64,000 nucleotides of DNA from the NCBI GenBank assembly GCA_963825525.1, contig CAWGTN010000003.1, forward strand, positions 32,001 to 96,000, in the 5' to 3' direction. Positions 58,441-64,000 of the stretch are shown piece after piece (within the stretch, counting starts at the first letter, position 1; each line of letters starts with the position of its first letter). This DNA is from an uncultured Chloroflexia bacterium. GTDB lineage: Bacteria; Chloroflexota; Limnocylindria; QHBO01. The translations under genes and the position numbers were made by a program. The notes under the pieces are model-generated. The model was not told the DNA's origin. It made no database searches and saw only the letters and a list, made by a program, of their open reading frames with translations.

Positions 58441-60012
58441 ATGGAACCATCGATGATCGAGGGCCTCACCGGGATCGCTTCGCTGCACTGGCAGTCGGGC
58501 TTCACGCGTGACAGCGATATCGAGTTCCGCGAGCTCCTGGAGCAGCTGCCGGCCGCCGCGTACACGACGGACGCGGACGGGCTGATCACGTACTACAACC
58601 GGCCCGCGCTCGAGCTGTGGGGCCGGGCACCGGTGCTGCGCGACGCGGTCGATCGCTGGTGTGGCTCATTCCGCCTCTTCGAACCCGCCGGCGACCCGAT
58701 CCCGCACGATCGATGCTGGATGGCGCTTGCCATCCAGGAGGACCGCTCCTACAACGGCAAGGAGATCGTCATCGAACGCGGCGACGGCAGCCGTCGCACC
58801 GTCCTGGCCCATGCGAACCCGATTCATGATGACGATGGCGCCGTCCGTGCCGCGGTCAACGTCCTGGTGGACATCACCGAACGCAAGCTCGCCGAGCTCA
58901 GGCTCCAGGAAGCCGATGAGGCCAAGACCGAGTTCCTCGCCATGCTGGCGCACGAGCTCCGCAACCCCCTCGCCGCCATGCAGAGCTCGGTCGAGGTCGC
59001 GATGCGGAGCGAGGACGACGCGACGCGCGTCCGTGCCGAGGCCGTGGTCGGGCGCCAGCTCCATCACCTGGGCCGCATCGTCGGCGACCTCGTGGACGTC
59101 GCTCGAATCACCCGCCGCACGCTCGAGCTGCGCCGGGAATCGATCGAGCTCGACGAGGTCATCGGCCAGGCCATCGAAACCAGCAGGACAGCGCTGGACG
59201 CGGCGGGACAGCGCCTCGAGATCACGCTTCCGGACGAGCCGATCCACCTGGACGCGGATCGGGTGCGATTGGCACAGCTCTTCAGCAATCTCCTGCTCAA
59301 CGCCTCCAAGTACAGCTCACCCGGCGACGCAATCAGCATTGATGCGGCGCGACGGGGGAGCGAGGTCATGGTCACCGTCCGCGACCGTGGGATCGGCGTG
59401 CCCCCCGAGCTGCAGGCCTCGATCTTCGAGATGTTCGCGCGCGCTCCGGCGGTGAAGCAGGACGGCCTCGGGGTCGGGCTCACGTTGGCGGCGCATCTTG
59501 CCCACCTGCACGGCGGCTCGATCGAGGTCCAGAGCGACGGCCCGGGTCACGGAAGCGCGTTCAGCGTGCGCCTGCCGATCGAGGCAGCGGCTCCGGGGAC
59601 AACGCGTGCTCCCGATGACGTCGCGGGCCCGGCCGCAGCGCAGCGGATCCTGGTCGTCGACGACAACCACGACGCCGGGGATGCGCTGGCTGCGCTGCTG
59701 GAGCTCGACGGGAACGAGGTGCACGTGGCGCACGATGGCGAGGCGGCCCTCAGGCTCGCGGATCGCATCCGGCCGCAGGTCGTCCTGCTTGATATCGGGC
59801 TTCCCGGCATGAGCGGCTACGAGGTCGCGGAGCGCATGCGGACCACGGACTGGGGCGCATCGGCGCTGCTGCTGGCTGTCACCGGCTGGGGCCATCCCGA
59901 CGATCGCCAACGATCTGAGCGCGCCGGGTTCGATGAGCACCTCATCAAGCCGATCGAGATCGAAGCCCTCGAGGCCCTCGTGGCTCGCCACGCGGCCCGA
60001 TCGGGCGACTGA
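58441..60012 (+). CDS. PAS hybrid histidine kinase-response regulator
   Basis: PAS (WCGS), AHELRNPL, NASKY, VVDDN, LLDIGLP, LIKP. Confidence 0.93.
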   Translation: MEPSMIEGLTGIASLHWQSGFTRDSDIEFRELLEQLPAAAYTTDADGLITYYNRPALELWGRAPVLRDAVDRWCGSFRLFEPAGDPIPHDRCWMALAIQEDRSYNGKEIVIERGDGSRRTVLAHANPIHDDDGAVRAAVNVLVDITERKLAELRLQEADEAKTEFLAMLAHELRNPLAAMQSSVEVAMRSEDDATRVRAEAVVGRQLHHLGRIVGDLVDVARITRRTLELRRESIELDEVIGQAIETSRTALDAAGQRLEITLPDEPIHLDADRVRLAQLFSNLLLNASKYSSPGDAISIDAARRGSEVMVTVRDRGIGVPPELQASIFEMFARAPAVKQDGLGVGLTLAAHLAHLHGGSIEVQSDGPGHGSAFSVRLPIEAAAPGTTRAPDDVAGPAAAQRILVVDDNHDAGDALAALLELDGNEVHVAHDGEAALRLADRIRPQVVLLDIGLPGMSGYEVAERMRTTDWGASALLLAVTGWGHPDDRQRSERAGFDEHLIKPIEIEALEALVARHAARSGD

Positions 60013-60038
60013 GGCAGGCGGGCCGCCATACTGGCGCC

Positions 60039-61022
60039 ATGGCACGCGTCGCGGTCGTCTTCACCGGCGGCACCATCTCGATGCGCAGCGACGCCGGCGC
60101 ATCGGGCAACATTCCAACCCTGCGAGCCGATGACCTCCTCGCCTCGGTTCCGGGCCTTGACGCCATCGCGGACATCGAGCCGATCGACTGGGGCCTGGTT
60201 CCCGCGTCCCACCTGACCTTCGCCCAGGTCCTCGAGATCGGCGCGATCCTCGGTGAACAGCTGGCCCGTCCGGATATCGACGGCGCCGTGATCGTGCAGG
60301 GGACCGACGTGATCGAGGAGACGGCCTTCGCCTGGGACCTGCTCCCGCTTCCGGCCAAGCCGATCATCGTGGTCGGCGCCATGAGGTCGGCCAGCCAGGA
60401 CGCGTACGACGGGCCGGAGAACCTGCGGAGCGCCGTGGTCGCGGCTGCGGACCCCGAGCTTGCGGACCAGGGAGTGGTCGTCGCCATGGCCGGCGAGCTG
60501 CACGGCGCGGACGACGTCCGCAAGACCCACACCCACGCGCATGCAACCTTCCAGAGCCCGAATGCGGGCCGCCTGGGCATCGTGGCCGATGGTGCCGTCA
60601 GGCTCATGCGCCGCCGGCGGCCCGTGCACCTTGCGCGCATCCCCGAGCGGGCTGCCCTGCCCGTCCCGCTGCTCAGCGTGGTGCTCGACGCCGAACCGAT
60701 GCTGCCGGTCGCGCCGCAGGGCATGGTGGTCGCGGCGGCCGGCGGCGGCAACAGTCCGCTCGCCTACCTCGAGCTCGCGCGGAGGCTCATCGATGACGAC
60801 GTGCCGGTGGTGCTGACGACGCGCGCCGCGTCCGGCCAGCCGCTCCCGGGATACGCGTTCCCCGGTGGCAGCAGCGAGTGGTGGGATGCCGGCGCCATCT
60901 TCTCGGGGACGCTCGATGGGCTGAAGAGCCGGGTCGCCGTGGTCCTCGGACGGGGCGCCGGACTGTCCATGTCGGAGCTCGCCGACCTGTTCGAGCACCA
61001 CGGTGGGGGGCGCCGGGCCTGA
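60039..61022 (+). CDS. Asparaginase
   Basis: FTGGTISM, QGTDVIEET, GAMR, KTHT. Confidence 0.9.
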   Translation: MARVAVVFTGGTISMRSDAGASGNIPTLRADDLLASVPGLDAIADIEPIDWGLVPASHLTFAQVLEIGAILGEQLARPDIDGAVIVQGTDVIEETAFAWDLLPLPAKPIIVVGAMRSASQDAYDGPENLRSAVVAAADPELADQGVVVAMAGELHGADDVRKTHTHAHATFQSPNAGRLGIVADGAVRLMRRRRPVHLARIPERAALPVPLLSVVLDAEPMLPVAPQGMVVAAAGGGNSPLAYLELARRLIDDDVPVVLTTRAASGQPLPGYAFPGGSSEWWDAGAIFSGTLDGLKSRVAVVLGRGAGLSMSELADLFEHHGGGRRA

Positions 61023-61033
61023 CGGCACCGCCG

Positions 61034-62431
61034 TCAACCGGGAACGCGGTGGACCTCGAGCAGGTTCGGCCCGCTTCCGGGACGCGCGGTCGACGCCACG
61101 AGCACGACCGCTGAGCCCGCCTCGAGCGTGGTGTCCTCCCCGAGCAACCACGCCATGAGTCCCAGCCGCTCACCCTCGTCGCCCGGCGGGACGCAGGCTC
61201 GAGCCCGCACGCCGTGGATCAGGGCGAGCCTCGAGACCACGGCCGGATCGGGGGAGAACGCGTGGATCGGCACCTTCGGGCGCAGTCCGGCCAGGATCCT
61301 CGCGGTCCGACCGGTCCGCGTGTAGCAGGCAATCGCGGACACGTCCCGATCGGCGCTGGCCAGTGTCACCGCCGCGAAGGCGAGGGCATCGGCGTCCGTC
61401 TCCCCACTCGCCGGCGCCCCGACGGCCAGGTACTCGGCGCCCTGCTCCTCGCACAGGCGGCAGATGCGAACGGCGGCCTCGGCGGCCAGGATCGGGTGCT
61501 GGCCGATGGCGGTTTCGCCGGAAAGCATGATCGCGTCGGTGCCGTCGAAGATCGCGTTTGCAACGTCGCTCGCCTCCGCACGGGTCGGGCGGGGTGAGCC
61601 GATCATCGACTCGAGCATCTGGGTGGCGACGATGGTGGGCACGCCGCGATCCAGCGCTCGCCGCACCAGTTGCTTCTGGAGCAGCGGCACCTCCTCGTAC
61701 GGCAGCTCGACCCCCAGGTCGCCACGCGCGATCATCACGGCATCCGCCACGTCGCAGATGGCCTCGAAGTCGTCGATTGCCGGGCGCGTCTCGATCTTCG
61801 CCACGATGGGTGGGCCGTCCTCACCCAGCAGGGTTCGGAGCTCGGACACGTCCGTCGCGCGACGGACGAACGATTGGGCGATGTAGTCGGCGCCCAGCGC
61901 CAGCGCGTGGGGGAGGTCGGCGCGGTCACGGTCGGTGAGGGCGGGGATCGAAAGGCGCTCGGCGGGAATGCTGACGCCCGCCCCGGATCGGATCAACCCG
62001 CCGCGCACCACCTCGGCATGAATCGTGTCCGAATCGACGCGCGAGACCCGCAGCTCGGCGGCGCCATCCGCCAGCAGGATGCGGTCGCCGGCGCGCACGT
62101 CGTGCGCAAGGGCCGCATACCGGACGCTGACTCCGTGTTCGTCACCCGGTCGCCCGCTGCCGGGCTCGAGACGAAACTCGGTGCCGGTGGTCAGCTCCAC
62201 CTCGCCGTCTCGGAGCTCCCCCAGTCGGATCTTGGGACCCGACAGGTCCGTCATGATCGCGACGGTCCGTTCGGGATCGGCGTCGCGGATGCGCTGGGCC
62301 GCCAGCGAGCGCGTTTCCGTCGTGCCGTGCGAGAAGTTGAGGCGAGCGACGTTCATGCCGGCCGATACGAGCTCGTCCACGCGGCCGATCGAGGCCGGCC
62401 CGATGGTGCAGACGAGCTTCGTCCGCCGCAT
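61034..62431 (-). CDS. pyk: Pyruvate kinase
   Basis: RRTKLVCTIGP, RLNFSHG, AKIE, ARGDLGVE, ATQMLESM, MLSGETA. Confidence 0.97.
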   Translation of the reverse strand: MRRTKLVCTIGPASIGRVDELVSAGMNVARLNFSHGTTETRSLAAQRIRDADPERTVAIMTDLSGPKIRLGELRDGEVELTTGTEFRLEPGSGRPGDEHGVSVRYAALAHDVRAGDRILLADGAAELRVSRVDSDTIHAEVVRGGLIRSGAGVSIPAERLSIPALTDRDRADLPHALALGADYIAQSFVRRATDVSELRTLLGEDGPPIVAKIETRPAIDDFEAICDVADAVMIARGDLGVELPYEEVPLLQKQLVRRALDRGVPTIVATQMLESMIGSPRPTRAEASDVANAIFDGTDAIMLSGETAIGQHPILAAEAAVRICRLCEEQGAEYLAVGAPASGETDADALAFAAVTLASADRDVSAIACYTRTGRTARILAGLRPKVPIHAFSPDPAVVSRLALIHGVRARACVPPGDEGERLGLMAWLLGEDTTLEAGSAVVLVASTARPGSGPNLLEVHRVPG

Positions 62432-64000
62432 CAGCTGACGGTCGCCCCGGACTTGTAGGCAGCGCCTGCCGCTCGCCGGCGCTCGTGCTGTCCGAGCAGT
62501 CGCTTGCGAAGGCGAATGGCCGTCGGCGTCACCTCCACCAGCTCATCGGCGGCTATGAACTCGATGGCCGACTCGAGGGTGAGGACTCGCGGCGGTGTGT
62601 GGATGCGATAGTCGCCGTCCGTCGCCTGGGTGCGCATCTTCGAGAGCGCCTTCGACTTCGTGGGATTCACGTCCATGTCCCCGGGGCGCGCGTTCTCACC
62701 GATGATCATGCCCTCGTACACCTCGGTCGACGGCCCGACGAAGAGCTCGCTGCGCTCGACCAGCGATGAAAGCGCATAGGCCCGCGTCTCGCCGGCGCGA
62801 TCCGAGACGAGCACGCCGCTCGTCCGATGCGTGACCTCCCCGGCCCAGGGCCCGTACCCCTCGCCGATCTGGTGGAGGAGTGCCGTGCCTCGTGTGTCCG
62901 ACAGCAGCTGGCCGCGATAGCCGATGAGTCCGCGCGTCGGAATGATGAATTCCATCCGCACCCGACCGTCGGCATCGGTGCTCATCTGCTCGAGTCGGCC
63001 GCGGCGTCCGGCCAGGGCCTGCTGGACGACGCCGATGTAGTCGGGCGGGATGTCGATGGTCGCCCGCTCGTAGGGCTCCATCGTCTTGCCGCCCTCCTGG
63101 CGAAGGATGACCTCGGGGCGGCTGATCGTGAGCTCGAACCCCTCGCGCCGCATCTGCTCGATCAGGACGGCCAGCTGGAGCTCGCCGCGGCCGCGCACCT
63201 CGAACGTCTCACCCGACTCGGTGGGGTGGATCTCGATGGCCACGTTGCCGAGGACCTCGCGATCCAGCCGGGCGCGGATCTGGCGGGAGGTGAGGAACGT
63301 CCCGTCGCGCCCCGCCATGGGGGACGAGTTCACGCCGAATGTCATGCGCAGCGTGGGCGCGTCGACGTCGAGGCGGGGGAGCGGCCGAGGGTCGGCCGGA
63401 TCGGTCAGATGTATCGCCGATCGTGACCTCCGGCAGGCCGGCCACCGACACGATGTCGCCGGCCACGGCCTCGGTGATGTCGACGCGCTCGATGCCGTGG
63501 GCCGTCTGGAGCGCGGTCACCGTGCCGGTCAGGGTCATGCTGCGCCCCGGCTCCACCGTGCCATCGGTGTCTTCCGCCTCTTCCCGCACGATCGTCACCC
63601 GCTGCCCGACGCGGATGGTGCCGTTGTGGATTCGGCCGACCGCCATCCGTCCCACGTAGTCGTTCGCCGACAGGTTGGTGACCAGCAGCTGGAGCGGATG
63701 GCCTTCCTCGTGGGTCGGCGGCGGCGTTACGCGGACCAGGATGTCGAGCAGTGGCCTGAGGTCCGTGCCCGGCTGCGCGAGGTCCGTCGTCGCGGTGCCG
63801 GCCTTTGCGTTGGTGTAGACGACCGGGAACTCGATCTGGTGCTCGTCGGCTCCCAGGTCGATGAACAGCTCGTAGACCTCGTCCAGCACTTCGGCGGGGC
63901 GCGCATCGGAGCGGTCGATCTTGTTCAGGGCGACCACGACCGGCAGGTGGCGTTGCATCGCCTTCTGGAGCACGTAGCGTGTCTGGGGCAGCGGACCCTC
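62431..64000 (-). CDS. typA: Translational GTPase TypA/BipA (5-prime end outside window; frameshift near 63410)
   Basis: NKID, GRGELQL, MRREGFE, PTRGLIG, YEGMIIGEN, ELVEVTP..IRLRK. Confidence 0.95.

Noticed and set aside
63380-63430. Programmed frameshift in typA (and in the marR or LuxR genes)
   Set aside because: No slippery sequence seen; similar indels throughout the contig point to sequencing error
1-64000. rRNA, tRNA, IS/transposase, integrase or prophage genes
   Set aside because: No diagnostic motifs recognised by eye; a tRNAscan/Infernal run would be needed to exclude small RNAs

Overview
64-kb window of a high-GC (roughly 70% by eye) bacterial chromosome. The gene content suggests a monoderm such as Chloroflexota (Limnocylindria-like) or Actinomycetota; this is inference, as no rRNA marker is present. 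It is mostly accessory genes: several TPR-type one-component regulators (three LuxR types, one fused to a class III nucleotide cyclase, one XRE-TPR), an RND pump with MarR, an ArsR-DsrE-TusA-DsrE-TusA-SQR sulfur cluster, a BMP-type nucleoside ABC transporter with a deaminase, an RsbQ plus PAS-kinase module and a HipA-like kinase/DUF3037 pair. The right end is housekeeping (pyk, typA). About ten single-base frameshifts look like long-read indels. Best candidate for a new system: an unannotated 35-aa signal-peptide-like ORF (43939-44046, predicted mature peptide EGQPPIPR) tail-to-tail with a PlcR/NprR-like XRE-TPR regulator. A CAACTnATAGTTG-like box overlaps both promoters and recurs at 455-549, and an EAL phosphodiesterase is divergent from the peptide gene. 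Together these suggest RRNPP-like peptide signalling in an organism that does not look like a Firmicute. Three distinct families of 140-180 bp palindromic intergenic repeats with conserved internal spacing are also present. No rRNA, tRNA, CRISPR array or transposase was seen.
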